Part shown: in pieces, positions 39,761 through 53,800 of the stretch
Position numbering within the stretch: position 1 is the first letter of the stretch
How the letters are laid out: the number at the start of each line of letters is the position of its first letter
Assembly: GCF_006345805.1 (NCBI RefSeq)
Contig: NC_043013.1
Span: 52,638,001-52,702,000, forward strand
Direction of reading: 5' to 3'
Source: Octopus sinensis
Lineage: Eukaryota
DNA length: 64,000 nt
Made by a program: the position numbers and the translations under genes
The notes under the pieces: model-generated
What the model was told of the DNA's origin: nothing
What the model saw: the letters and a program-made list of their open reading frames with translations, nothing else
The model's database searches: none

Positions 39761-40261
39761 TATATATATATAGATGAAAGAGGCAAAATATAAGTCCAGA
39801 CTAAAAGAGTTGATTGTGGAAGAAGTTGAAGAAGTTTGGGTTTAGCGAAATGGTAGAATCTAAAATCTTCAACATATATTCTTTGACTTGGCCTAACATT
39901 CATTTTTTTAAAATTGTTTTATCGAAATTTTCAAGATGAAAACAGTTCTGGATAAGAAAGATAGGCATTAATTTATTTATAGGTTTAACTTCATCATTTC
40001 TGTCAAGATTCTTTCTAAAGAATTCTCTAAATATTTTCTTATGGGAAATGCTGTCCCAGTTGCGTCTGCAACGAGACATTTATGAGAGAAGCGAATCACA
40101 TCTGATGAGTTAAAAATATCACAGAGAATTTCATACGAAACATCCAAAACTTACGAGATACACGCTCTGCCAACTCCATTCTTGAAAGCGTTTAATGGGC
40201 GTGACATTAGTTTGTATGGAATACTCTCATGGTATGACATACATATATATATATAATATAT

Positions 40262-40294
<33 letters not shown>

Positions 40295-40414
40295 TCATAT
40301 ATATATTCATATATATATGTATATATATACATATATAGGGATATCGTATACATACATACATGTATGTATAAGTATATGTATGTACGAGTATCTATTTTGC
40401 CGTTTTTTTTATCT

Positions 40415-40628
40415 CCTACTTGTTACTGTCCTTGTACTGCGTCCATGCTGGAGCACCACCTTCAAGAAATTTTAATCGATTGAATTGACTCCTAGTACCT
40501 TTATTTTTAAAGCCTCGTACTTACCCTAACGACTCTTTCGCTGAATGGCTAAGTTACGGGGATGTAAACGCACCAACACCGCTTGTCAAATGGTTGGATG
40601 GGGAATCAAACACAGACACAGAAACACA

Positions 40629-40720
<92 letters not shown>

Positions 40721-40890
40721 CATACATACACATACGAGGATCTTCTTTCAGGTTCGTCTATCAAATTCACTCAAGGCTTTTGTCGGCTTCAGGCTATAGT
40801 AGAACACATCTGCATAATTTTCTACGCAGTGGGACTGAACCCGGAACCATGTGGTTGGGAAGCAAGCGCTTCTTACCAAGCTGCCACGCC
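40415..40890 (-). mobile_element. SINE family C
   Basis: ccatgctggagcaccacc tail and gtgggactgaacccggaaccatgtggttgggaagcaagc head. Confidence 0.8.
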
Positions 40891-40962
40891 GGCCCTTTTT
40901 CTAGCCACACAACCACGCATATATATCAGTATCTATCTATCTTTCTATTTATCTATCTATTG

Positions 40963-40993
<31 letters not shown>

Positions 40994-41118
40994 TGTATGC
41001 GCGCATACACACGTTCGCATACACATACAGACACACACAAACAAACACAGACAGGTACGCAGTGACGTAATAGCACTTCTATATTAATTAACTAATAATA
41101 ATTTACTAAAAAGAACTA

Positions 41119-41299
41119 TTAGGTTAGTGCATAATTATTGGGGCTTTTTTCAAATAAAATTTATTTAACAAAAACATCTTTAAATGATTATTGCGGAGCA
41201 TATTCACCATCTACTTCAATTTCTGCTTGGCGTTTTATTAAAAGTTTTTGTCGAATAAAATTTATTGAAAAAAGTCGCAATATTTACGCACTAACCTAG
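41119..41299. mobile_element. Mariner-type MITE, 181 bp
   Basis: TA|ttaggttagtgcataattattg ... caatatttacgcactaacctag|TA, with imperfect inverted arms of ~55 bp. Confidence 0.8.
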
Positions 41300-41850
41300 T
41301 AAAAAAAGATAAGGGATACTCCGCAATAAATGTTCTTTTTATTTAAACCTTGGAAATCAATTTAAACTGATTGTAGAAAGTAACATAATGTTGATGCATT
41401 GATTTTAACGTCTTCCTCGCTTTCAGTGATCTTTTCGTTGGATATGTGGTTATATTTAAACTGATATTTTAGAAAACTTCTTTCTCGGTAGACACTGAAC
41501 GATCTCCCTGCGCTCAACGCCAAATATCGAAGGTTATCATATATTCCGCTCGATTTCTGATGTTAATATCTTCACGCTTTCTCACCTGTCACTACACCGT
41601 TAATTTGGCCTTAGGAAGTGAATGCAAAAACAGTGGCAAACCAGCGTGAAAGCCAGTCGACCGCGGCAACCATTTGGATACGTATATGTCTGCTAATTCA
41701 TATATTTGAAACTTATCCGTATGGGTAATATGCTTCACAGATTTCGACAATTTGCAAGAGTAAAGATAAATAGAAATATGCATACATACATGCATGCATA
41801 CATATATATATATATGTGTGTGTGTGTATGTGTATGTGTGTGTATGTATA

Positions 41851-41930
<80 letters not shown>

Positions 41931-42432
41931 TACATACATGCATTATTTTATCTTCTATCTTGCTTCAGTCATTAGACTGCGGCCATACTGGGCTCAGTCT
42001 TGGAGAATCTTTTAATCGGACGAGTCGACCCCAGTTCTACCGTTTTTAAAACCTGGCACTTATTCTGTCGCTCTCTTGTGCCGAATTGTGTGTGTGTTTG
42101 TGTATACACACATATATACGATTAGTTTCTTTCGGTTTTCGTCTTCCAAATTCCTTCACAAAGTTTTGGTCGACCCGATGCTATAATAGAAACAGTTGCC
42201 TTGATACAAGCACAAAATCAATTAATTCGAGGGAAGGTAAAAGTAGGTAGGGGAAAGTTTCCTTCTCGGGCCATGCCAGGCGCGTGAGGGCCGGTTTCCC
42301 AGTTTCTATGGTGTATATATATTCCCCTCCTGGACGGGACGCCGGTCTATCGTAGGATTAACTCATTTTCACCAGATGAGTGGACTGGAGTTATTACAAT
42401 GATATCGATTCCTGCAGTATTAATAAGACCAA

Positions 42433-42474
<42 letters not shown>

Positions 42475-42531
42475 ATATATAAAATAATAATAATAATAAT
42501 AATAATGATAATAATAATAATAATAATAATA

Positions 42532-42588
<57 letters not shown>

Positions 42589-42699
42589 TGATGATGATAA
42601 TAATAATATTAGGGAATATGGTTCCAAACTTACAGGGAAAAATTCAATTTAGTAATACTAAATCAAATTTCTCAATATATAATACATGTATATATATAG

Positions 42700-42865
42700 A
42701 GAGTTTTTCGGTGACCGGATTATTTCGAAGAGACTTCGGTTATCAAGATCACCTGATTTAACACCGCCAGACATTTTCTTTCTGAAGAGCAAATAAAGGA
42801 TCAATGTACAAGAATCGTTCGAAAACCGTTAAATACTTACTGCGGAGAGACTTTTTGAACACCCT
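42700..42865 (+). mobile_element. Degenerate Tc1/mariner transposase C-terminal fragment
   Basis: agatcacctgatttaacaccgccagacattttc encodes RSPDLTPPDIF. Confidence 0.5.
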
Positions 42866-44437
42866 GTGTAAGAAATAATGTAAACTCTGGCGGGATTTGA
42901 ACACGATATCCACAGGAATGCAACTAAATAAGAGAAGCTGTTTTGTCCTCTGATCCACCAGTCAAAAGTTGGCGCTGTTCTCAATATAATAATTATATTT
43001 AAGCCCAAAGATCGCGCGTCTGTGTTGCTGTTTAACTCGCTAGAAATAGCAAGGTCTCCCCAACCGTTTTATATGAGTAAAGCGATAATTAGAGTGTTGA
43101 ACCCAAATGATCTGGTACAAAAGATACAACTGTCACGGTTGGGTTGGCTCTGATTATCTCTCAGCTCGGTCAGTCTTGAACCGAATCTTGAAAGACATCA
43201 TTCCTCAGCAGGTTTAACATCACCACAAACATCAACTCCACCATTACCACCACTACCCCCAACAGCACATGATCTTTGGATGACCACTGCTGAATCCATT
43301 CTCTTCCAAGTATTGAAACCTGGTCTCCGGTTTAGGAATAAATTCTTCGCTTCTGCCACCATTCACAAAGACCTTCTTCTTTTTCTAAATAGGTTACTCG
43401 TTCCGTTTGTTATATTCTTGTGTTATTTACATCGTTTCTCTTTTATTTATGCCCCAGATACTGAAGATATTTACTGAAGAGAGTAAACTGTCGATATATT
43501 TTGTTTATTTACATTTTATTTCTTGTTTGGGAAAAACTAATTTTCTTCTTAGTAAAGAAAATTGGTTTTCTTGAATATCTTTCACTACTTCTGATAAGGG
43601 GTCACGAACGCTATACTTAACATAAACATCACTGAAGCACAACACGTAAATACTAGCTAAATATAATATCGACAAATCAGCTTTTTTTTGTTACCTCATT
43701 TTTTACTTTTATTCCCATTTTGCTTTCTGATTTTATTATTTTTCTTGTTGTTGTTGTCATTTTATTATTATTGTTAATCTTAAAAGACTTACTGCTGACC
43801 GAGTTGATTGTGAAGCAAAATATTTGAATGAGATCTTTGCAACTCCGTTGGTGCAGCCTAGCGACCAAAGCCCCTTGTTGGCTCAATCTAGTTTCTAATA
43901 AATAAGACGCATAAGGTGGTACGAATACTGCTACAAGCTCTAGGAATATTTCAAAATCGACGAGTTCGATATAACAAACGTTTTGAACTGACCATATGGT
44001 AGTCGAATGTCATTAAGACAAGAGAAGGAAGAAAACACCTGGGTAATCATTGCAAGACACAGCAGTGGTTGTTCTCATGAAGTGATTTCATATATGAAAC
44101 TGCATGACCGAATGCACACAATCATTTCTCTTATTTGCATTCTATTCTAATAATAAATGACAACTAAATGTTGAAACATAAGAATACTATCACAAAAGCA
44201 GGACATCAATTGTGCTGATGACACCTAGTGAGAGAAAAACGTGTATCCTCGAATATCCTCTTCGCCTGACAATAAGCTTGAACTTTCCCCGAGTTGCTTG
44301 TTGTATAATTCACAGGAAGACAGCTGCACAGGAATTTTAAGGCCACGATGTCCACTTCAAAACGCCATTTCTACCATTATAGTAAAACCATTTTAAATAC
44401 ATATTTAGGAAAGTTGTACGATATAGTTTGTTTGTTT

Positions 44438-44532
44438 GTATGTATGTATGTATGTATGTATGTATGTATGTATGTATGTATGTATGTATGTATGTATGTA
44501 TGTATGTATGTATGTATATGTATGTATGTATG

Positions 44533-44564
<32 letters not shown>

Positions 44565-44695
44565 TATGTATGTATGTATGTATGTATGTATATGTATGTA
44601 TGTATGTATGAATATGTATGTATGTATGTATGTAGGGAGTATGTATGTATGTATGTATATGTATGTATGTATGTATGTATATGTATGTATGTATG

Positions 44696-44727
<32 letters not shown>

Positions 44728-44857
44728 TATGTATGTATGTATGTATGTATATGTATGTATGTATATGTATGTATGTATGTATGTATATGTATGTATGTAT
44801 GTATGTATATGTATGTATGTATGTATGTATGTATATGTATGTATGTATGTATGTATG

Positions 44858-44889
<32 letters not shown>

Positions 44890-44913
44890 TGTATGTATAT
44901 GTATGTATATATG

Positions 44914-44935
<22 letters not shown>
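44438..44935 (+). repeat. (TATG)n microsatellite, ~500 bp
   Basis: Direct reading. Similar degenerate tracts occur at 46100-47560. Confidence 0.98.
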
Positions 44936-44950
<15 letters not shown>

Positions 44951-45004
44951 GTGCATTTATGTATATGTATGTATCTGTGTATGTGTAAGTGTATATATAT
45001 ACAG

Positions 45005-45372
45005 ACGTGAGATAAGAATTTTGCTTCCCAGCCACATAGTTCCGGATTGAGTTCCACTGCGTGGCACTTGGGCTAGAGTCTTTTACACCAGATCCGGCTC
45101 GACCAATCTTTAGAAGATGGACTTAGACAAAAACTGAAAGAAGCCCGTTGTATATATGTGTGTGCGTGTTTTTCCGTCGCCTTCGTTTGACAACAAGTCG
45201 TGGTGTGTTTACGGTTCTGTAACCTAGCGGTTCGGCGATTGAGAGCGATGGAATATTTGCCACGCTAAAAAAAAACAATTTAATAAAGAAGAATAAATAT
45301 TGGTATCGATTCGTACGACTAAAATTCTTCAAGGCGATGCCCCAGCATAGCCGCAGTCTAATGACTGAAACT
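45005..45372 (+). mobile_element. SINE family C
   Basis: ttgcttcccagccaca...aactgaaagaagcccg...tagcggttcggc...gccccagcatagccgcagtctaatgactgaaac. Confidence 0.8.
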
Positions 45373-45419
45373 AGTGGAAATTAATATTTACATACATATG
45401 TGTATGTCTGCTTTGTATG

Positions 45420-45454
<35 letters not shown>

Positions 45455-47260
45455 CATATATATATATATATTTTTTTATATATGTATATGTGTGTGTATA
45501 TATGTGCATGTGTGTGTGTGTGTGTGTGTGCGTGTGCGTGTATTAATGCGTGTTGATTGTTAGAGGCTGTTTCCGGGCGCAAAGCTGGCTTGCGTGTTTT
45601 GCGTGGAATTGTTTTTAAATCCCTGTTCTTCATCCTGCACTTGACCTCTTGTGGTATTTTTGAAGTCGTTCCCTGTGGTTTTTTAACGCTGTGCTGGCTC
45701 GGTTAAGGCCTTTGACACTTCGTGTCTTGTTGGATTTTCATGTTAAACCATTTATTGAAACTCTTATTATAATTCGCACGCGCACATACACTACAAAAAC
45801 AGCAACAACAGCAGAAACAACACCAGTAGCAAATTCACATATGTGCCAAAATAAATTCGTGAACACACAGACTATTGTGAGGAAAACTTATATTTGGCAA
45901 CAGAAACGGTAATTACATATAGTAAACAAAGCAAAAATAATGTAAGAAGAGAATAACAGATGCAGAATAATAGACAACTGAGGACACAAAATTGTGTGAC
46001 GAAAATATTCTTGGATTAGGCGAAAGATAAGAGATTAACATCGTAACTCAGTGTGAGCATTTAATTGACAAAATAGCTTCAATTCACGATTTTAGAGTTT
46101 GTATGTATGTATGTATGTATGTTTGTTTGTTTGTTTGTATGTATGTGTGTATGTATGATTGTATGTATGTTTGTTTCTTGGCTTGTTTGTATATATGTAT
46201 GTATGTTTATATGTATGCATGTATGTATGAATGTATGTATGTGTTTATGTATATATATAGAGAGAGATGTATATTATATATATATATTGGTCTATGTATG
46301 TATGTATGTATGTATGAATGTAAATGTGTGCATGTACGTATGTGCGTATTCACGTATGTATGTATGCATGTATGTATGTGTTTATGTATGTGTATATAAA
46401 GATGTGTTTGTATGAATGTATGTATATATGTATGCGTGTGCATGTATGCGTGCATGTATGTATGTTTGTATGTATGTATGTATGGATGGATGTATGGATG
46501 TGTGACTGAGTGCGTGTTGCGTTGTGTGTGTGTGTGTGTGTGCGTGTGTGGGTGCGTGCGTGTGTGTGTGTGCGTGTGTGTGTGTGTGCGTGTGTGTGTG
46601 TGTGTGTTTGTTATTCAGATTTATTTGAAAATTTCTTGCCAATGGAAAGAGAGCCGGTTTCTAACCTGGGTCCAAACTTCCATTGTATTCTTAAACAACA
46701 TCAACATTACATTAGTGCATGTTGGTGTCTATATGTGCAATATTTGAAGTCGGAACCTATTCAGATTTGTGTGTTTAGTTTTATGTATGTATTCAAATGC
46801 ATGCAGCTGCGTGTCGATGCATGCAGATGTATGCTTAAATGCTAAACTTCTGGGAAATTTTACAAATTTTGACATCCATTCATTACGTGAAACTATAATC
46901 TTCTTGTATGTATGTATGTATGTATGTATTTATGTATGTATGTATGCATGTATTTATGTATGTATGTATGTATGTATGTATGTATTTATGTATGCATGCA
47001 TGTAAGTATCCATGCATGCATGTATATATGTATGCATGTACGTATCTATGTATGAATGTATGTATATATGTATGTATGCATGTATGTATGCATGCATGTA
47101 TGTATGTATGTATGTACGTATGTATCTATGAATGTATTTGTGTGTATGTATGTATGTATGTATGTATGTATGCATGCATGTATGTATGTATGTATGTATG
47201 TATGTAAGTATGTATCTACGAATGTATGTATGTATGTATGTATGTATGTATGTATGTGTT

Positions 47261-47400
47261 CCTTTCTGATGAAGAGCGTAGGCTCGAAACATAAAGGACT
47301 TTCTCACTTCCTGAACGTTAAACTAATACATCTGCTTGTTGTTTACACACCTGTCTTCATCTTTTGTTTTGTTTTGTTTTTGTTTTGTAAATTCCAACTT
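47261..47400 (+). mobile_element. PLE terminal-repeat fragment with minimal HHR (47261-47297)
   Basis: ccttt-CTGATGA-a-gagc gtag gctc-GAAA-CA-T-aaagg. Downstream sequence matches the reverse complement of 11810-11900. Confidence 0.75.
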
Positions 47401-48664
47401 TGTATGTATGTACGTATGTATGTATTTATTCGTGTATGTTGCTATGTATTCATGTATGTATGTATATATGTATGTATACAGCTTGTGCATGTCTGTGTAT
47501 GTGTATATCTATATCTGCAAGTATATATGCATGTATGATTATATGTAACGTATGTATATAATTTGATCTGTGTGTATGCAATTAGGTAGGTATGCATTTC
47601 GGAGCAAGAAATGGAGCGCGTGACCTGATGGTTAAGATGATCGATTCACGACTGCTAACATGGTGGGTTCAGTACCTGGACTAGAATGCTGTGTCCTTGA
47701 GCAATGCATTTCATTTCACGTTGCTCAAGTCGGTTTTACTATCAATGAAACTATCCCCGTGTTGAGAGTAGAAATTTCTTTCTCAGGTTTGCAAGAATAA
47801 GGGTGCCAGAAAGGTGTCTTTGTCTTCTTGAAACTACAGAGATACTTCAAACAAAGGAATTACTTTTGGTGCTAATATAGCCGTCAAGTTGGTATAGTCT
47901 GCGAGTGATATCTGGCGGCCGCACAGAGCAAAAAACGGGGCATTCATAACGGGATCCACAAAAGACGCGACACTGATTCCGCAATATAGTCAGAAGAAAT
48001 GCAAAATCTCTACGTAGCATATATCGGACGTAAGGAACAGAATAATGTAAAACAATATAATATATGCAAGGACAGACAAAATATTGCTTTAACGAAAAGA
48101 ATGCTGGCGATTGCCTCAGAAGCTATAAAAAGTATAAGAATTTCGTGAAAATATCTTTATCTAGGTGAAGATATTAATAGCTAACTCGTTGCGGATTCGA
48201 TCAAAAATTTGTATTTTCTACACTAGTACTAAATACAGCCATAGAAAATATGTCTCGCGATTAAAACTGTTGGAACGGAGATAGCGATACTGCGTTGTTG
48301 AAATTTTTATGATAAATAAAGGAGAGTAGCTATTGGATTAAAATGCGAAAATGAATGACAATTAACTGCCTCCATATGCAAGGAACGCAAGTTTTCATCG
48401 GTAATTAAAAACAATCTGGCAGCAAAACGTTACTCTAACCACTTCATTCAAAAACCAGGCCGAAAGGATTTTGAAGCGGTAAACGATTCCATAAGTACAA
48501 GACGTTAACCGTCGCTATGCTGCCGGGTAACAACCTAGTCGAGATGAAATGGATCCTTCGACAGAAGCCTACTAAAATAATCACATTCAGAAAGTCAACA
48601 GCAACTTGTTTTTCGTGAAATAAACTTTAATTCTATCTTTCACACTCCGTCTATCTCTCTCTCT

Positions 48665-48728
<64 letters not shown>

Positions 48729-49466
48729 GTACTTCTATCTCAACAACAACAACAGGAAAACCTGTCATTGTAGTGAAAGTCTTTTTATCAAGTCTGTTTT
48801 ACGTTGTGCAACTCTTCAAAGACATACAAAGATAAGGCGCGTGCGCATGCACACACACACACACACACACACAAAGAAATGCATATAGAGAAAAATACAG
48901 ACAGACAGCCTAAAAGATATTATATATATTCCTATAGTTATTTTTTTAAGTCCACTTAAAATTCTTGCTTTTTAAATAAAAACGTGTTACTTACTATGGT
49001 GGCAACACTATCTATCTATCGCACACACACACACGCTCGTTCATCTCACCGTATTTCGCTCTCAACAACTTTCTCTCCTCCCAGTTTTCTACATATGCTT
49101 TCTGGGAGGGGTTATTTCAAATTTTGATTTTCCTTTTCTTCCTCTCTCTAATAGAATTACGGACAAACATCATCTCCACTTTTATAATTTAAGATTGGAG
49201 ACTTAGTGTTACCGACTGTTTTTGAATCGAATTATCAGGTTTCAATACCTATGCATGGTGTCATGCCCGATCAAATTGAATTTCATTTAAAATCATTAAC
49301 TGAAACATTTGAACCAAATTTCTTCATTCTCTCATACTAATATTGTTGTATAGCATTGTTTCACAAAATCAAAATAGCATTCAACGTTTTAGAGGAGATC
49401 CCTTGGAGACATGAAGAAGATGTTTAAAAAGATTATCATGAAAAATATAGACGGATATATAGATAG

Positions 49467-49514
<48 letters not shown>

Positions 49515-49592
49515 TGAGTAAGTGAGTAAGATATATATAGAGAGAGAGACAGAGATAGATAGATTGATAGTTAGATAGATAGAGAGAGATTG

Positions 49593-49671
<79 letters not shown>

Positions 49672-49688
49672 CAGATAGACAGATAGAC

Positions 49689-49747
<59 letters not shown>

Positions 49748-49774
49748 CACGAATACAGGCATTATATTATACGC

Positions 49775-50085
49775 AAATACGCTGTCATCTCCATCTGGAA
49801 TAAGGACCCAGTGCTGTAACAGCTTGGTCTTTAATGACCTACGACTGTTCAACAATCTGCTAAACAACCTCAGAGATTTTGGGGAGGTGTAGACGTGGAG
49901 ATATTTAAAGTGTGTCTGGGGAAATTTTCATTTCGGTTAGTAGATGAGACTACATCGTAGCAGGAGGTAGGAAACAGATCAGCTCCGCCGTCCAAGTAGC
50001 CGCCTTCACCAGAAATAGCACAGAAAATAAACGTAATCTCACTAAATGGCTGCATATCCTGTGCCTCTGGCTAAAACCAATTGGG
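49775..50085 (+). mobile_element. Old CR1-type LINE 3' fragment
   Basis: ccatctggaataaggacccagtgctgtaacagc..ctgttcaacaatctg..agagattt parallels 28835-28920. Confidence 0.55.
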
Positions 50086-50130
50086 GATAAAAGATGAAAT
50101 GATAAATCATTGTGTGTGTGAGTGTGTGTG

Positions 50131-50161
<31 letters not shown>

Positions 50162-51060
50162 AATTTTACGCACACAGGCACTGGTGTGAATACAGAGATG
50201 TAGAAATTTATTGAGCTAAATGTATAAAAATATACGAAATTGTTAAAAAGCACATCAACAGAACTACATATATAAAACTACATGCGCACATACATATGCA
50301 CATACAAAGATACACGCACACACACACACACACAACCACAACCACACACATATATCAATACCTATATCGATGTATTAATCTATCGATCCATTTCTCTATA
50401 TGAATATGATAGTATGTACTTATATATGCATATGTGTGTGTGCATGCGTGAGAGAGAGAGAGAAAGAGAGAGCGTGTGTTTGTGTGCGTGTGTATTTATA
50501 AATATTTTGCATATATATGGAAATATGTATATATGAATGTGCGTGTGTGTGTGTGTACGGAAGCTTCAAAACGACAAAAACACCCTATATTCTCATACTT
50601 CTTCACCCCAACAAATGTCACCGTGTCATAAACGTAGCAGTAGCAAAGCCGTCTACTTCTCCTTTAATCCGACATAAGGCGCTTAATGCCTCATAATTGT
50701 AGGTGCTTCTTAACAAGAGATTATTGAGCAAAAATAAATTTTTGGCATATATAGCTTAGGAGGCCACTATGCAATTGATATATTGTGACACACTAACACA
50801 CACATACAAAAACACCCACCCACACATACACACACATATACATATATGTAAGTACATATATGTACACACATATACATATCTGTATGTGTGTATATATGAA
50901 TACACACACGCATATATTTATGTATATACGTATAAATATGTATATATGTACATATATGTGTTTTCTATATGTTTGTGTGTATTTGTCTCCGATTGTGCGT
51001 GCATATACGTGTAGTAATATATTATTATATATTATATATATATCCCTATATATATATATA

Positions 51061-51091
<31 letters not shown>

Positions 51092-51102
51092 ATATATAAT
51101 CT

Positions 51103-51139
<37 letters not shown>

Positions 51140-51146
51140 TATTATA

Positions 51147-53776
51147 TTCGTTTTCAGCAGCCTCAGAAGCAACACGGATTTGTTCGTCTCCCCGTGGCCT
51201 TTAGGCACAACTTCACAAGCCAGCCCCTACTCAAATCGTCCTGTCGAAAGACCCTTGTCCTACGTCTGGTTTGTTTTGTTGTTTATTTTTTATTTTTAAC
51301 CGTTATTGTTTTTACGTTTTTGTATTCTTATTGGTGTCACGTATTCTGTATTTGTGTTTTGTGTACTTCGATCGTTTTCCGTCCGTCCTTTCGTGTATCA
51401 TTCGAAGCTTGGCTGGCCATATCGGAGCAATCTCAAGATTAATCAGCCGAAATTGCTAAGATGATCTGGTTCTTGACGATGACTGAGGGCTTCGAATGTC
51501 CCGTCCTGTGGTTCTTGTGTCGTCTCTGTGGGTTTCATGTTCTTGTCCATGTCTGTATTTAATTTTACTGTTTACCTATATAATCGGCGGCTACGTATCC
51601 ACAATTGTCCTTATACGAAAAGTATATATTTTTTTCTCAAGCTTTGATACGACTCTTAATCTGTCTCTTTTTCTCTCTCTCTCCCTCCTCCCTTATTCCA
51701 CTTCCGTTCTTTCCCTCTCCATCCGTCCCCCCCACCCTTCTACGTTTCTCTATCTCTCTCACCTCCAGCCCCCTCGATCTGTCTCTTTCTTCTCTCCCTC
51801 GTCCACCTTCTCTCCCTTTTCATCTGTCCCTTTCTCCTGTCTTTTGTTCTCACGTGACAGCTAGCCGCTGTTGAGCGCTCTTTTCGTTTTCAGCAGCCTC
51901 AGAAGCAACACGGATTTGTCGTCTCCCCGTGGCCTTTAGGCACAACTTCACAAGCCAGCCCCTACTCAAATCGTCCTGTCGAAAGACCCTTGTCCTACGT
52001 CCTGGTTTTGTTTTGTTGTTTATTTTTTATTTTTACCGTTATTGTTTTTACGTTTTTGTATTCTTATTGGTGTCACGTATTCTGTATTTTTGTTTGTGTA
52101 CTTCGATCGTTTTCCGTCCTTTCGTTGTATACATTCGAAGCTTTGGGCTGGCCATATCGGAGCAATCTCAAGATTAATCAGCCGAAATTGCTAAGATGAT
52201 CTGGTTCTTGACTGATGACTGAGGGCTTCGAATGTCCCGTCCTGTGGTTCTTGTGTCGTCTCTGTGGTGTTTCATGTTCTTGTCCATGTCTGTATTTAAT
52301 TTTACTGTTTACCTATATAATCGGCGGCTACGTATCCACAATTGTCCTTATACGATAAGTATATTTTTTTCTCAAGCTTTGATACGACTCTTAATCTGTC
52401 TCTTTTTCTCTCTCTCTCCCTCCTCCCTTATTCCACTTCCGTTCTTTCCCTCTCCATCCGTCCCCCCCCTTTCTACGTTCTATCTCTCTCACCTCCAGCC
52501 CCTCGATCTGTCTCTTTCTTCTCCTCCCTCGTCCACCTTCTCTCCCTTTTCATCTGTCCCTTTCTCCTGTCTTTTGTCTCACGTGACAGCTAGCCGCTGT
52601 TGAGCGCTCTTTTCGTTTTCAGCAGCCTCAGAAGCAACACGGATTTGTTCGTCTCCCCGTGGCCTTTAGGACACAACTTCACAAGCCAGCCCCTACTCAA
52701 ATCGTCCTGTCGAAAGACCCTTGTCCTACGTCCTGGTTTTGTTTTGTTGTTTATTTTTTATTTTTACGTTATTGTTTTTACGTTTTTGTATTCTTATTGG
52801 TGTCACGTATTCTGTATTTTTGTTTGTGTACTTCGATCGTTTTCCGTCCTTTCGTTGTATACATTCGAAGCTTTGGGCTGGCCATATCGGAGCAATCTCA
52901 AGATTAATCAGCCGAAATTGCTAAGATGATCTGGTTCTTGACTGATGACTGAGGGCTTCGAATGTCCCGTCCTGTGGTTCTTGTGTCGTCTCTGTGGTGT
53001 TTCATGTTCTTGTCCATGTCTGTATTTAATTTTACTGTTTACCTATATAATCGGCGGCTACGTATCCACAATTGTCCTTATACGATAAGTATATTTTTTT
53101 CTCAAGCTTTGATACGACTCTTAATCTGTCTCTTTTTCTCTCTCTCTCCCTCCTCCCTTATTCCACTTCCGTTCTTTCCCTCTCCATCCGTCCCCCCCCT
53201 TTCTACGTTTCTCTATCTCTCTCACCTCCAGCCCCCTCGATCTGTCTCTTTCTTCTCCTCCCTCGTCCACCTTCTCTCCCTTTTCATCGTCCCTTTCTCT
53301 GTTTTTGTTCTCACGTGACAGCTAGCCGCTGTTGAGCGCTCTTTTCGTTTTCAGCAGCCTCAGAAGCAACACGGATTTGTTCGTCTCCCCGTGGCCTTTA
53401 GGCACAACTTCACAAGCCAGCCCCTACTCAAATCGTCCTGTCGAAAGACCCTTGTCCTACGTCCTGGTTTTGTTTTGTTGTTTTTTTTATTTTTACCGTT
53501 ATTGTTTTTACGTTTTTGTATTCTTATTGGTGTCACGTATTCTGTATTTTTGTTTGTTGTACTTCGATCGTTTTCCGTCCTTTCGTTGTATACATTCGAA
53601 GCTTTGGGCTGGCCATATCGGAGCAATCTCAAGATTAATCAGCCGAAATTGCTAAGATGATCTGGTTCTTGACTGATGACTGAGGGCTTCGAATGTCCCG
53701 TCCTGTGGTTCTTGTGTCGTCTCTGTGGTGTTTCATGTTCTTGTCCATGTCTGTATTTAATTTTACTGTTTACCTA
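51147..53776 (+). repeat. Tandem array, 3.6 copies of a ~730 bp unit (probable PLE pseudo-LTR multimer)
   Basis: ttcgttttcagcagcctcagaagc recurs at 51147, 51883, 52612 and 53344. Copies differ mostly by 1 bp indels. Bounded by (TA)n on both sides. Confidence 0.97.
52131..52235 (+). ncRNA. Candidate hammerhead-like ribozyme with permuted strand order (one per array unit)
   Basis: agcaa-TC-tcaaga, then tcagcc-GAAA-ttgct, then tcttga-CTGATGA, enclosed by an 11 bp helix acattcgaagc/gcttcgaatgt. Confidence 0.55.
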
Positions 53777-53800
53777 TATATATATATATATATATATCGT

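Noticed and set aside
44210-44250. ctgatga-cacctagtg motif
   Set aside because: No properly placed GAAA or closing stems.
47870-48560. Possible ancient RT remnant (YLG-like motif near 48155)
   Set aside because: A single short motif amid stops is insufficient.
51970-52005. Second HHR-like motif CTGTCGA-aa-gac cctt gtc-ctacgtc in the array unit
   Set aside because: GAAA is absent and there is no convincing stem I.
51147-53776. Tandem array as CRISPR or as protein-coding repeats
   Set aside because: No short repeat-spacer structure, and ORFs are not preserved between near-identical units.
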